Shown: positions 28,132-37,120, counted from the stretch's first letter. The stretch is DNA of 64,000 nucleotides from Bacilli bacterium (GCA_045123185.1 JBGVIL010000206.1:4400-68399); one strand, 5' to 3'. The notes: generated by a model from the letters alone, not told the origin. Numbers and translations are program-made.

Positions 28132-28433
28132 TATTTTGTACCTCCTATCAAATTTTTTATTTTTTCAATAGTTGAGCCTCCGATTTCATAGATACCAACT
28201 GAAATGCTTAATAATACGAATATATTAATTATTCCAGATACGATACCTGCAAAATCAAATTGTCCTATATAAACGATACGTAAAGTACCGATTATAATTG
28301 AAAATACTAAGGCTAACCATTTTGTGTCTAATTTTTCTGGTAAATATTTTTTGAAAACTTGAGTAAGTAGTGTAATTATAGCGCTGCATCCTGCAATTGT
28401 ACCTAAAATTTCAATACTAACAAATTCATTCAT
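28131..28433 (-). CDS. holin
   Basis: 100 aa with 3 hydrophobic segments and a charged C-terminus. Immediately upstream of the endolysin. Confidence 0.7.
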   Translation of the reverse strand: MNEFVSIEILGTIAGCSAIITLLTQVFKKYLPEKLDTKWLALVFSIIIGTLRIVYIGQFDFAGIVSGIINIFVLLSISVGIYEIGGSTIEKIKNLIGGTK

Positions 28434-28458
28434 AATTTTTACCTCCTATTTTTAATTT

Positions 28459-28836
28459 TTAGAATTGTCTTCTATTTAATGGGTCATGCGCTTTCTCGTC
28501 AGGAGCCAAAATAAAGGCTTCTTTTAGGCGTAATGATAAATTTAGTCTTCTTAATGTATAAACGTCTGAAATCGCATCGTAGGCTTCTACAGTGTATGTA
28601 TATTTCTTATATTGTGGGAATAATTTAAACCCATTTAAGTCTGCTTCTGCATCTTTTGATACAAATACGATTGAACCTACTTTATATTTTGGTTCTTTTT
28701 CGTTCTTTTTGTTCACTTTTTCTGGTTTTTCCTCAACTTTTTCCACTGTTTCTACAACTGGAGCAACTTCTTCTTGTTTTTCTTCGATTATTTCTGGTTG
28801 TTCAACCGGTTTTGTAACTTTTTTCTTACTTGCCAT
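28459..28836 (-). CDS. hypothetical protein with E/K/V-rich N-terminus
   Basis: 125 aa, RBS GGAGG. Confidence 0.55.
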   Translation of the reverse strand: MASKKKVTKPVEQPEIIEEKQEEVAPVVETVEKVEEKPEKVNKKNEKEPKYKVGSIVFVSKDAEADLNGFKLFPQYKKYTYTVEAYDAISDVYTLRRLNLSLRLKEAFILAPDEKAHDPLNRRQF

Positions 28837-28854
28837 GATTTTTTACCTCCTTTT

Positions 28855-29022
28855 TTAGTTATATTTTTCATTATTTTTGTTTAAATGTCTTTCTTTTCTT
28901 GCTTTTCTGCAAAAATGACATCTTTTTGGCTCTTCAAATCCTTTTTCTTTGTAGAAAGCTTGGTCTCTTTCTGTAAAATTAAAGTCTTCGCCACAATCTT
29001 GACATTTTATTTTGATATCCAT
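28855..29022 (-). CDS. small zinc-ribbon protein (55 aa, below ORF-track cutoff)
   Basis: MDIKIKCQDCGEDFNFTERDQAFYKEKGFEEPKRCHFCRKARKERH... Has a CxxC...CxxC pattern and a GGAGG RBS. Confidence 0.6.
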   Translation of the reverse strand: MDIKIKCQDCGEDFNFTERDQAFYKEKGFEEPKRCHFCRKARKERHLNKNNEKYN

Positions 29023-29043
29023 GATTTTTTACCTCCATTTTTA

Positions 29044-29706
29044 TTACTTTTTAGAAGAGAAGTTAAAATTAAACTCTGGTTCTGTATTTTTCTTTTTCTT
29101 ATCTCCTAAAAGTACATCTGGATGGTCTTTTAATAATGTTTGCACTCTAGCATTTGTAGCTTCTAAGAAAACTTGATTTCTTTTATCTACGTAATCTTCA
29201 ATCTCATCGTCTGTAGAGATGTCTTCTGCTCTTAATAGGTTTAATAGACGTGGGTCATAACCTTTTTCTGTAACCATAGCTGTTATTTTATCTCTTCTTC
29301 TGATTAAAGATAATTCTTTTTCATATTCAGCTATTTTTAACTCTTGATTATCTATTTGTTTTTTATATCTTTCTTCTACGCTTAATTTAGCCATTTCTTC
29401 AGCTTCTTTTTTCTTTTGCTCAATTTCTTCTAGTATATTTTCTCTCATTTTTTCTTTTTCTGAGTTTACACTAGCTTTTAGAGCCATAGTTTGTTTTTCA
29501 TGCTCTGATTGTTGAGCTTTTAAGGCTTTAGCTATAGCCTTATCTAATTTTTTGTCGAATTCTGCTTGTAATTTTGGGTCTTGTAGTAACACATCTAAGT
29601 TTTGTGTATCACTTGGTGCAGGTGTGTTAATTGCATTTTGATTTTGGTTTGGTTCCATAGTACCATTCACTCCTTGATTTAATTCATTTAATTGATTTTC
29701 ATCCAT
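29044..29706 (-). CDS. scaffolding protein (DUF4355-like)
   Basis: 220 aa, long charged coiled coil, immediately downstream of the portal gene. Confidence 0.65.
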   Translation of the reverse strand: MDENQLNELNQGVNGTMEPNQNQNAINTPAPSDTQNLDVLLQDPKLQAEFDKKLDKAIAKALKAQQSEHEKQTMALKASVNSEKEKMRENILEEIEQKKKEAEEMAKLSVEERYKKQIDNQELKIAEYEKELSLIRRRDKITAMVTEKGYDPRLLNLLRAEDISTDDEIEDYVDKRNQVFLEATNARVQTLLKDHPDVLLGDKKKKNTEPEFNFNFSSKK

Positions 29707-29743
29707 GTTTTAATCCTCCTATTATTTAATTATTTTTATATCT

Positions 29744-29767
29744 GATACCGGCATGGCGACCGGTATC
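29744..29767. other. 8-bp perfect GC-rich stem-loop between portal and scaffold genes
   Basis: GATACCGG-catggcga-CCGGTATC. No flanking U-run, so it is more likely a processing or stability element than a terminator. Confidence 0.5.
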
Positions 29768-29801
29768 AAATGATAGAATTTGAAAAGCGACCGTTTTAGT
29801 A

Positions 29802-31529
29802 TTACTTGGTTGGTCTACCCTCCCTAGATTGAGTGTTTTTTATATTTTTTGTTTTATCTGGGACTAATTTAGGTTTGTTATTAACTTTCGCTTCAATTTG
29901 ATTATTAGTTTGAGAAGCGGTTGTTGACACTGTAGATGTTTTCGTATTTTCTGTGCTGACAGGGTTGTCTACGTCGTTAGGACTTACGAACTCAGTATCT
30001 GGTGCAACAGTTTCATAAAGAATTTCAGTTTCCTCTTCTTTGTTTTTCTTTTCTGTTGCGTAATCGTATCCAAGATTTGAAAGCAATGTCTTTTGTGATA
30101 GGATACCGTTTAATGCTAATTGTTGATTTATGTTTTCATCTGTCATTGATGGTAGGTTTGTACCTATTTCAATATTTATATCATCTACGTTGTAGTAGAT
30201 TGGGCTTGTAGTGTTAATTCTTGCAAAGAAGTTCGCCCATCTATGTTTTAGAAGCACTTTTATACCTTGTCTTACGTCATCTAGCATAAGGGCCATTGTA
30301 TAGAATTTTCTATCTATGGCGCTGGCATTCATATCTCCAGAGTTGAAGGCTGCGTCAGATGTATTTGGTATACCCGAAATCTGGAAGATTGAGTCTACGT
30401 AGTATTTTAGATACTTTGTAGCGTCTTCTGCGTGGATTTCTTTTAATAGCCAAGACACATCGCCACCCTCTTGCACGAAAAATGTTTTAGAATTCATTAA
30501 ATAATTGTCTTCAACAATACGTGCTGGGTTTAAAATTGTCTCTGGGTTTGATGCGCTGATTGGTTCTTCTGGTTTGAAGTCTGGATTTGGTATTGTTAGT
30601 GGGTTTTCAGGTCTGTAACCAGAGATTTTTAATTTCGCATCTGTATCATTGTATTGATATAGGTTATTCAAGTTGTTCATAATGTTTTCGTATGAAGATA
30701 CTAATGAGATGATTGGGTCTATAATGCTGACTTGTGGGTCTGGCTCGAAAACACTGAAGGTTGTAATTTTATGTGTACTTTCTTTTTCTTCTTTTAATGT
30801 GATTACGTTTTTATATTTACCTGTTGCATCTTCATTAGTGGTTTTGTCATAGATGCTGGTAGCATAATTATTAGTATATGGATTGCATTCAACACAATAA
30901 TATAATGTGTGCTCTTGATTGTCTTCTGAGTTACGCTTATCTAGTGTGTACACAGTAATTATTCCTATTGGTTTTTGTTGTGATATGTCATTTATGTCTG
31001 TTGGATATATTGCTACGGTATTTAAAGCGGATAGTGGATAATATGTGTAATTTGGGTCTGTTGTGTTAACTGTACCAGTCTTAGGGTCAATACTTGGTAG
31101 GTCTAGTTGTCTTTCATATGCTGCTCCGAAAAGCACAGCGTCATGGAATAAGGTTTTAAGTACCTTAGGGTCGTCGTTTTTTGATGAGAGTGTAGTAATT
31201 ATAAACTTTAATTGCGCTGCTGTGTCTGGGTCTAGTGGTTTTGTGTTTGATGGATGCAATAGTTTGTATGCTTCTGCTTCTGCTTCGTCTATAATTTCTA
31301 CATTATATGTAACTTCTCCAGATAGATAACCAGCAGCTAAGTCAGTTATAAATTTTTCGAAGAAAACTTGAACAGATGAGCCTTCGTTCGTAGATGTTGC
31401 AGTGATTCCACGAAGGTATCTCTCTTGAATTGTTTGTCTTTTCTTAAGAACAGCATCTACTTCTGAAAATAAATCTTGTAATTTACCGTTTGAATACTCA
31501 TCTTTTATATTTTTTGAGATTTTAATCAT
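29802..31529 (-). CDS. portal protein
   Basis: 575 aa. First gene of the operon, followed by the scaffold gene. Call rests on size and position. Confidence 0.7.
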   Translation of the reverse strand: MIKISKNIKDEYSNGKLQDLFSEVDAVLKKRQTIQERYLRGITATSTNEGSSVQVFFEKFITDLAAGYLSGEVTYNVEIIDEAEAEAYKLLHPSNTKPLDPDTAAQLKFIITTLSSKNDDPKVLKTLFHDAVLFGAAYERQLDLPSIDPKTGTVNTTDPNYTYYPLSALNTVAIYPTDINDISQQKPIGIITVYTLDKRNSEDNQEHTLYYCVECNPYTNNYATSIYDKTTNEDATGKYKNVITLKEEKESTHKITTFSVFEPDPQVSIIDPIISLVSSYENIMNNLNNLYQYNDTDAKLKISGYRPENPLTIPNPDFKPEEPISASNPETILNPARIVEDNYLMNSKTFFVQEGGDVSWLLKEIHAEDATKYLKYYVDSIFQISGIPNTSDAAFNSGDMNASAIDRKFYTMALMLDDVRQGIKVLLKHRWANFFARINTTSPIYYNVDDINIEIGTNLPSMTDENINQQLALNGILSQKTLLSNLGYDYATEKKNKEEETEILYETVAPDTEFVSPNDVDNPVSTENTKTSTVSTTASQTNNQIEAKVNNKPKLVPDKTKNIKNTQSREGRPTK

Positions 31530-31563
31530 GATTTTTTTCTAACCTCCGTTCACTTTTTGTTTA

Positions 31564-31592
31564 ATTATATAATATTTTATTTTTAATTACAA
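31564..31592 (-). promoter_or_regulatory. candidate sigma-A-type promoter for the portal operon
   Basis: Minus-strand TTGTAA, 17-nt spacer, TATAAT. Followed by an AAAAAGTGAAC box and the RBS. Confidence 0.45.
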
Positions 31593-31776
31593 GTGGAGTA
31601 CAACTTTGTTGTCTTTTATGGATTTTTTAGTTGTTTTTAATTAGACAAGAAGGTTGTTGTCTAAATATCCCAGATATATGTTTTGGGGGTTGCCAGTACT
31701 TGCTCAGGGTCGCAAAGATAAACTACGCCTGGGTTTGGGGCTTCTGAAGATGTTAAAAGTTGACTAAGATATGATA

Positions 31777-31805
31777 TTGACTTTTAACTAAAAATGTAGT
31801 ATAAT
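31777..31805 (+). promoter_or_regulatory. sigma-A-type promoter (TTGACT-17-TATAAT)
   Basis: Consensus-like hexamers. Near-identical copy at 33223-33251. Confidence 0.65.
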
Positions 31806-31873
31806 TATTATAATAAGAAAAATAAATATATTTATGAAATAAATATATTTAAAAATAGAAAGGAGTTTTTAAA

Positions 31874-32074
31874 ATGGATAAAAAAGTTATCTACTATTCA
31901 CGCAACTACGACAACTACATTACAATTACATCAAATGATAATGCTACCGTATACACACATTATAAAAACGATAGACCAGTAAAAACAACATTTAATAAGT
32001 ACGCATTTATTGAATACTTAAAAGGTACAACAGTACCAAATAAATATAGAAAGGAAGTTGAAAGTTATGTATAA
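31874..32074 (+). CDS. hypothetical protein
   Basis: 66 aa, RBS AAGGAG. Confidence 0.55.
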   Translation: MDKKVIYYSRNYDNYITITSNDNATVYTHYKNDRPVKTTFNKYAFIEYLKGTTVPNKYRKEVESYV

Positions 32075-32348
32075 GTATGAAGTTTTTAGAAAAAACGAAA
32101 AAGGGAAATATGAAAAAGTAAACGATTTACAAGCTAAAGGAATATACATATTACAAGATATGTGTAATTATCACGAAAGAAAAGTTGACGGCGAAAAAAT
32201 AAGAATAGTTAAACATTACAATTACAGTACTAAAATGAATATTGATGTATATTTCAATAACAATTATAAATACACTTATTACGATATACCTTGCACAAGT
32301 GGCGCATATATTGACAGTCAAGAACTATTAGAAAAGGAGGTGAACTAA
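32067..32348 (+). CDS. hypothetical protein
   Basis: ATG at 32067 after AAGGAAG. Overlaps the upstream stop. Confidence 0.55.
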   Translation: MYKYEVFRKNEKGKYEKVNDLQAKGIYILQDMCNYHERKVDGEKIRIVKHYNYSTKMNIDVYFNNNYKYTYYDIPCTSGAYIDSQELLEKEVN

Positions 32349-32349
32349 T

Positions 32350-32712
32350 ATGCAAAAAGTAAATGCTAAACTATTCGCACTAAAGTATAAACTTTTGAAA
32401 GTGCTAACTGCTTCAATAGAAAAAGACAAAAAAGCAATAAAAGAAGGCGCAGACATTACATTCAAAGATTACGCTAAAATACAAGTTGTAGATTGCACAC
32501 GCACAAGCTACTCTAAAGAAGACCAAAAGAAACTTGACGAATACGCAACTAAAATGTGCATTGCTAAACAAGTTACACATTATACTAGAATAGACATTGA
32601 CAATATTCCAACAGAAGTAGACGACAAAGTCAATGAAATATTAGCAACATTAGAAGATAGCAACGACAAAGTAATAGCAAAAGTAGCAAGTAAAGTATCT
32701 AATATCAAATAG
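32350..32712 (+). CDS. hypothetical protein
   Basis: 120 aa, RBS AGGAGG. Confidence 0.6.
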   Translation: MQKVNAKLFALKYKLLKVLTASIEKDKKAIKEGADITFKDYAKIQVVDCTRTSYSKEDQKKLDEYATKMCIAKQVTHYTRIDIDNIPTEVDDKVNEILATLEDSNDKVIAKVASKVSNIK

Positions 32713-32756
32713 GGGCGACCTAAAGGGTAGCCCCATAAAGAAAGGAGTTGATAGAT

Positions 32757-32963
32757 ATGGTCACAACCGCTTCTGGTACATATACAGTAGAGCAACACAA
32801 AAGAATAGAAAACAGAGTAAAACAAGCATTTAAGGACTACTGGCACGATAAAATATCAGTATGGCAATTAGAAGAGATTAAGGAGAGAAGCAGGCTAAGC
32901 CCTGGCGAAATCCAGAGCATTCAATATACGGCTAGTTTAGAAGATAGAAAGGAGTGTAAATAA
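32757..32963 (+). CDS. hypothetical protein
   Basis: ATG at 32757 after AGGAG. Confidence 0.5.
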   Translation: MVTTASGTYTVEQHKRIENRVKQAFKDYWHDKISVWQLEEIKERSRLSPGEIQSIQYTASLEDRKECK

Positions 32964-33127
32964 TGGATAAGCTAATTAAAGAATACGAAGACTTAAGTAG
33001 CAGGGAGTTTATGGTACAAATGGCTGACCACCTAGACAGTAGTGACTACCGCTTCTTAAATGAAGTCCACCAAAGAAAAATGCAAATAAGAAAAGAGCTG
33101 AAAGAGTTGTACAATTATGAAGTATAA
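32963..33127 (+). CDS. hypothetical protein (54 aa, below ORF-track cutoff)
   Basis: MDKLIKEYEDLSSREF... Its ATG overlaps the upstream TAA (TAATG). Confidence 0.45.
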   Translation: MDKLIKEYEDLSSREFMVQMADHLDSSDYRFLNEVHQRKMQIRKELKELYNYEV

Positions 33128-33222
33128 CTCTTTTATTGTATCAGTCCATAACGGCACGCCAAGGCGTCCGCGTAGCGTATAAAAACAAGTGAAATTACGC
33201 TAAAAAATAACTTGTCATATTA

Positions 33223-33251
33223 TTGACTTTTAATTAAAACTATAGTATAAT
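33223..33251 (+). promoter_or_regulatory. sigma-A-type promoter (TTGACT-17-TATAAT), paralogue of 31777-31805
   Basis: TATTGACTTTTAATTAAAACTATAGTATAATTA here versus TATTGACTTTTAACTAAAAATGTAGTATAATTA at the other site. Confidence 0.65.
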
Positions 33252-33260
33252 TAAAAGTGA

Positions 33261-33304
33261 ACATATACGGACTAGCCACACGGCTAAATTTGACCCGTAT
33301 ATGT
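33261..33304 (+). promoter_or_regulatory. two-tier perfect hairpin in the 5' leader of the AAA+ gene
   Basis: ACATATACGG (33261-70) pairs with CCGTATATGT (33295-304). An inner TAGCC-acac-GGCTA hairpin lies at 33273-86. Confidence 0.6.
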
Positions 33305-33326
33305 ATTATAGAAAGGAGCATATATT

Positions 33327-34226
33327 ATGCAAATCAATGGAAAAGATGTAATACAAATTAAGGCAAGTGAGTTTAGAGAGTTACTAAATGATAAAGTCAA
33401 CTTACTTGTATATGGTCTTTCAGGTTTAGGAAAGACAAGTATAGTTAGAAACTACGCAAAAGATAATGACTTAAAATTAAAGATAATCAACTTAGCAACT
33501 AAATTACCAGAAGCTATTGGTGGTATTCCTTATGTAACAGATAAAGAATACTACAGAGAGCTACTTTCAATAGAGCTTAAGGAAGTGTTTGACGACGACG
33601 GCGAAGGATGGGTAATATTCTTTGATGAAATCAACCAAGGTAGCCCAGAAGTTTTCAACACATTATATGGTATCTGTTACCCTATGGGAGAAGACAGAGA
33701 GTGGGCAGGACACAAGTTATCTAAGGCACAAATAGTTGCTTGTGGTAACTTAGCAGATGGGTCTGATGGTACAGTATACCTAAATGACTTACCAACACCA
33801 CTACACAACAGGTTTTTTGTATATGAGTTAATACCAAATAAGAAAGACACAACCGAGTATCTAAAGAAGAAGTGGAAAAACATACCACAGGTAGCCAAGT
33901 ATATTAAAACTATGCTTGACGCAGATATAAGCCCAAGAGATATAGACTTATGCTTAGATATACTTGCATACGAAAAGAACGGCTTACTACTACAAGCTAA
34001 GTTAGGTACAGCACTAACAACTAAGATATATGACATACAAAAAGGTATCAAGAACCTTGACCCAGCAGAGCTATTGAAAAATGCACGTAAAGTATATGAA
34101 CAATTTAAGGAAGACGGAGAAGTTATGTTTGGAGCTGAGACAGTTACAACAGAAGCAGAGTTAAGAACTAAATTTGAAGAGTTTTTATCTGACGAAGAAA
34201 TCGCAGGAATATTCAAAGGGGAATAG
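33327..34226 (+). CDS. MoxR-like AAA+ ATPase
   Basis: Walker A GLSGLGKTS, Walker B VIFFDEINQ, and sensor-like ACGN. Confidence 0.8.
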   Translation: MQINGKDVIQIKASEFRELLNDKVNLLVYGLSGLGKTSIVRNYAKDNDLKLKIINLATKLPEAIGGIPYVTDKEYYRELLSIELKEVFDDDGEGWVIFFDEINQGSPEVFNTLYGICYPMGEDREWAGHKLSKAQIVACGNLADGSDGTVYLNDLPTPLHNRFFVYELIPNKKDTTEYLKKKWKNIPQVAKYIKTMLDADISPRDIDLCLDILAYEKNGLLLQAKLGTALTTKIYDIQKGIKNLDPAELLKNARKVYEQFKEDGEVMFGAETVTTEAELRTKFEEFLSDEEIAGIFKGE

Positions 34227-34245
34227 AAAGGAGTAGTGATTAGTT

Positions 34246-35661
34246 ATGAGTAATCCATTTTTGAACAGTGATAGCCGTGATATTGAAACGGCTATCCTAT
34301 TAGAGCAAGCAAATGTTACTGATATAGGTAACGCAGTAGCTTATACAGACGGTAAAAGAGTATTCATGAACACGGAAGACAACTTGTTTTCAATACTACC
34401 AGCATATACAAATGGTATGCTTAAGTGGTTATTATGGCACGAAAAAATGCACATGGAGTTGAGACACCACAACAGGTTTTTCAAATACTTGAAGGAGTTA
34501 AACGACGCTGAAACTATGGACGAGTTTAGAGTTACTAAAAATGAAGTCAATATAATTATGGACATATTAGTACACGACAGTTTAGCTAGAATGTTTCCAG
34601 ACTTAGTAGAGACAGCAGTGAACAACTTAGCCCAGATGCGTAACAGAAACTCTCTAAAATATACATTCAAAACACACACATTAGAAGAGATGTTAGAAGA
34701 GTACGCAAAGCATAAACACGGAGACGACGACAAAGACGGCAAAGGAGAAGGGGAAGGCGAAGGCACTCCAGAAGAGACAGAAGACGACGGAGACGGAGAA
34801 GGTACAGGAGATAAGCCAACAGACAAAGAGAGCGAAGGCGAAGACACACACGAAGACAGAGAAGGTAAAGACGGACACGGTGCAAGTGGTAAAGGTAAAG
34901 ACGGAAAAGAGCCAGAAATAAAAGAAGACAGTCCAGCCCCAGCAAGTGAACAAGCTGACCCAGAACCAGAGCCAGAGCATGACAAAACAGACTGGTCTAA
35001 ACTAGACAACATAGACGACAAAGAGTTTATAGAGAAGGACGAAGGGGACAGATATGTAGAGCAAATAGAAAGACTTAAAAAGAAAAAGTTTAGACTTGCT
35101 AAATTAACACAAACTCTAAATGGTTTGGCAACTACTACAAAGGTTAGAAGTTATAGAACACCAAGCACAATACAAGTAGGCGGTGGCGTAATACTAAAAG
35201 GACAGACACAAGGGAAAACATCTTTATACTTATGTTTTGACGCAAGTGGGTCAATGGGTAGAGAGATGGAAACATTCAAAGAGATAATATCTAAATCAAT
35301 ACCACAGGCAATGGACACACCAACAACATGGTTTAGTGGTTACTGTTACCACGGAAGTGTTGACCACTGTCATGATAGAACTGGTAGAAACAGGGACTAC
35401 TATAAAGGAAAGTTTAAGGACTTTATGCCAGTACACGCAGACAGTGGATATAGCGATGACGGAGACAGAACTATAGAGTTATGCTGGAAAGCTGAACAGT
35501 TGGGGTATTCACCTATTGGAGTTACTGACGGTGGTGGTTCAATTTCATGGTCAAAAGATATGCTTAAACAATTAAAACGCACAGTGTTAGTAGGACAGAA
35601 CAGATATTGGCTGGAAGCAGCCCAAAACATAAATCCCAAAATACAAATACTAGATATATAA
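34246..35661 (+). CDS. VWA-domain protein with N-terminal HExxH metallopeptidase-like domain (DUF2201-like)
   Basis: Motif LLWHEKMHMELRHH, an acidic G/E/D/K linker, and MIDAS motif LCFDASGSMG. Confidence 0.75.
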   Translation: MSNPFLNSDSRDIETAILLEQANVTDIGNAVAYTDGKRVFMNTEDNLFSILPAYTNGMLKWLLWHEKMHMELRHHNRFFKYLKELNDAETMDEFRVTKNEVNIIMDILVHDSLARMFPDLVETAVNNLAQMRNRNSLKYTFKTHTLEEMLEEYAKHKHGDDDKDGKGEGEGEGTPEETEDDGDGEGTGDKPTDKESEGEDTHEDREGKDGHGASGKGKDGKEPEIKEDSPAPASEQADPEPEPEHDKTDWSKLDNIDDKEFIEKDEGDRYVEQIERLKKKKFRLAKLTQTLNGLATTTKVRSYRTPSTIQVGGGVILKGQTQGKTSLYLCFDASGSMGREMETFKEIISKSIPQAMDTPTTWFSGYCYHGSVDHCHDRTGRNRDYYKGKFKDFMPVHADSGYSDDGDRTIELCWKAEQLGYSPIGVTDGGGSISWSKDMLKQLKRTVLVGQNRYWLEAAQNINPKIQILDI

Positions 35662-35682
35662 AGAAAGGAGTTGAAGTATATT

Positions 35683-36018
35683 ATGTATAAAGTTTTAAAA
35701 GAAAAAGGAAATAACGTTAATATTGTACTGGAAAACGTAGAGACAAAAGCAAGTATCGTGTTAGGTAGAATGTCAAGCCCTATACTTGATATTCTTAAAG
35801 ACGCAGGTTACAAGTTCGACGACGCTTCAAGTATGTCTATAAAGGATGAGTGGAACTTAGAAGTGAACGAAGATGTAGGAAAAGAACTTGCAAAGCAAGC
35901 AATGAAGATGAGTAAACCAATAAGAGACCAGAGCAAGAAAGCCAAAGACGTGGTTAAGAAGCCAAACAAACAAATTGACGCAATGGATGTCCTTTTAGGA
36001 CTAGCTTCATATAATTAA
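35683..36018 (+). CDS. hypothetical protein
   Basis: ATG at 35683 after GGAG. 111 aa. Confidence 0.5.
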   Translation: MYKVLKEKGNNVNIVLENVETKASIVLGRMSSPILDILKDAGYKFDDASSMSIKDEWNLEVNEDVGKELAKQAMKMSKPIRDQSKKAKDVVKKPNKQIDAMDVLLGLASYN

Positions 36019-36048
36019 AATAAATTTTAGAAAGGTAGGTAGATTAGA

Positions 36049-36456
36049 ATGGAAGCAAAACAAATTATTATTAATAAGAACAGGGGATGGCGTGGTTTAG
36101 CAGAAGCTAGACTGGTAGATAACGAAAGAAAAGAAGTATTAAAAATGATATTTAGTTTTAGTCAACCAGTATGGGACGATATGTTGATGGGGTATATGGT
36201 AGTACAAGACACTGATTACTATTATGTAGTAGAGTTCGATAATATAGACGCATTACCTAAAGGACAAAGAAGTGTATTACTTAAATACTTCACAGCTAAT
36301 ATCACAAGTTGTACTACATACAGAAAGAACGACTGGACACAAGAAGCATTAGCACACGGACATTATGATAAAATATCACACTTCATTAAGAACAGAAACA
36401 ACCATACACAATCAGACTGGAACTGTATTGGTATCAGAGTTGTACCAATGATATAG
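36049..36456 (+). CDS. hypothetical protein
   Basis: 135 aa. Confidence 0.5.
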   Translation: MEAKQIIINKNRGWRGLAEARLVDNERKEVLKMIFSFSQPVWDDMLMGYMVVQDTDYYYVVEFDNIDALPKGQRSVLLKYFTANITSCTTYRKNDWTQEALAHGHYDKISHFIKNRNNHTQSDWNCIGIRVVPMI

Positions 36457-36493
36457 TGGACATAGATTAAATATTAGAAAGGATGTGGAGAAT

Positions 36494-36727
36494 ATGAACA
36501 GATGGTTCAAAGAAATCGCCAATGATAATAGTAAAGGAATATACGAAAGATTTATAGCACACATATTAGATAGCTTAACTGAAGGAGACCCGGAGTTAGA
36601 ACCCCATGTGAACAGCATCGATGTGATGGGATTCATATCAGAGCTAGTAGATGATGATGAGTTGTGGACACCAGTAGATGACTACTTAATAAACAGATTA
36701 AAAGAAAAAATAGAGGAGGTGAAATAA
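36494..36727 (+). CDS. hypothetical acidic protein
   Basis: ATG at 36494. 77 aa. Confidence 0.5.
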   Translation: MNRWFKEIANDNSKGIYERFIAHILDSLTEGDPELEPHVNSIDVMGFISELVDDDELWTPVDDYLINRLKEKIEEVK

Positions 36728-37120
36728 ATGGGATACCGTTCAGAAGTATATTTAAAGACCACAACCGAAGGTTGGATAATACTAAAGAGCTTCAATGATA
36801 AGATAACAGAACCCAAAGAAAGACCTCTAACGTACAGCGAAGTGAACAAAACTCCAGATGGGTTCTATAAAATCGAGTATCACGACATCAAATGGTATGA
36901 CAGTTACCAACAAATTCAAAACTTCAATCGTGCACTAGATGAAATGAGAGACCAAGACATACCATTCAGTTTTATTAGATTGGGTGAAGACACTGACGAT
37001 ATTGAACACGTTTGCAACTGGACAGACGACATACCAGATGAGATTAATTCCTTCGAACCAGTAGTAGATATCAACGATGAGTGCACGGAGTACGAGCCAG
37101 TGACTCTGGATGCGGATTAG
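36728..37120 (+). CDS. hypothetical protein
   Basis: 130 aa, RBS GAGGAGG. Confidence 0.6.
   Translation: MGYRSEVYLKTTTEGWIILKSFNDKITEPKERPLTYSEVNKTPDGFYKIEYHDIKWYDSYQQIQNFNRALDEMRDQDIPFSFIRLGEDTDDIEHVCNWTDDIPDEINSFEPVVDINDECTEYEPVTLDAD

Noticed and set aside
34341-35639. Minus-strand ORFs within the VWA gene (34341..35021, 34667..34945, 34693..34980, 35400..35639)
   Set aside because: They are antisense shadows of the GA-rich acidic-linker coding region. The plus-strand product has clear HExxH and MIDAS motifs.
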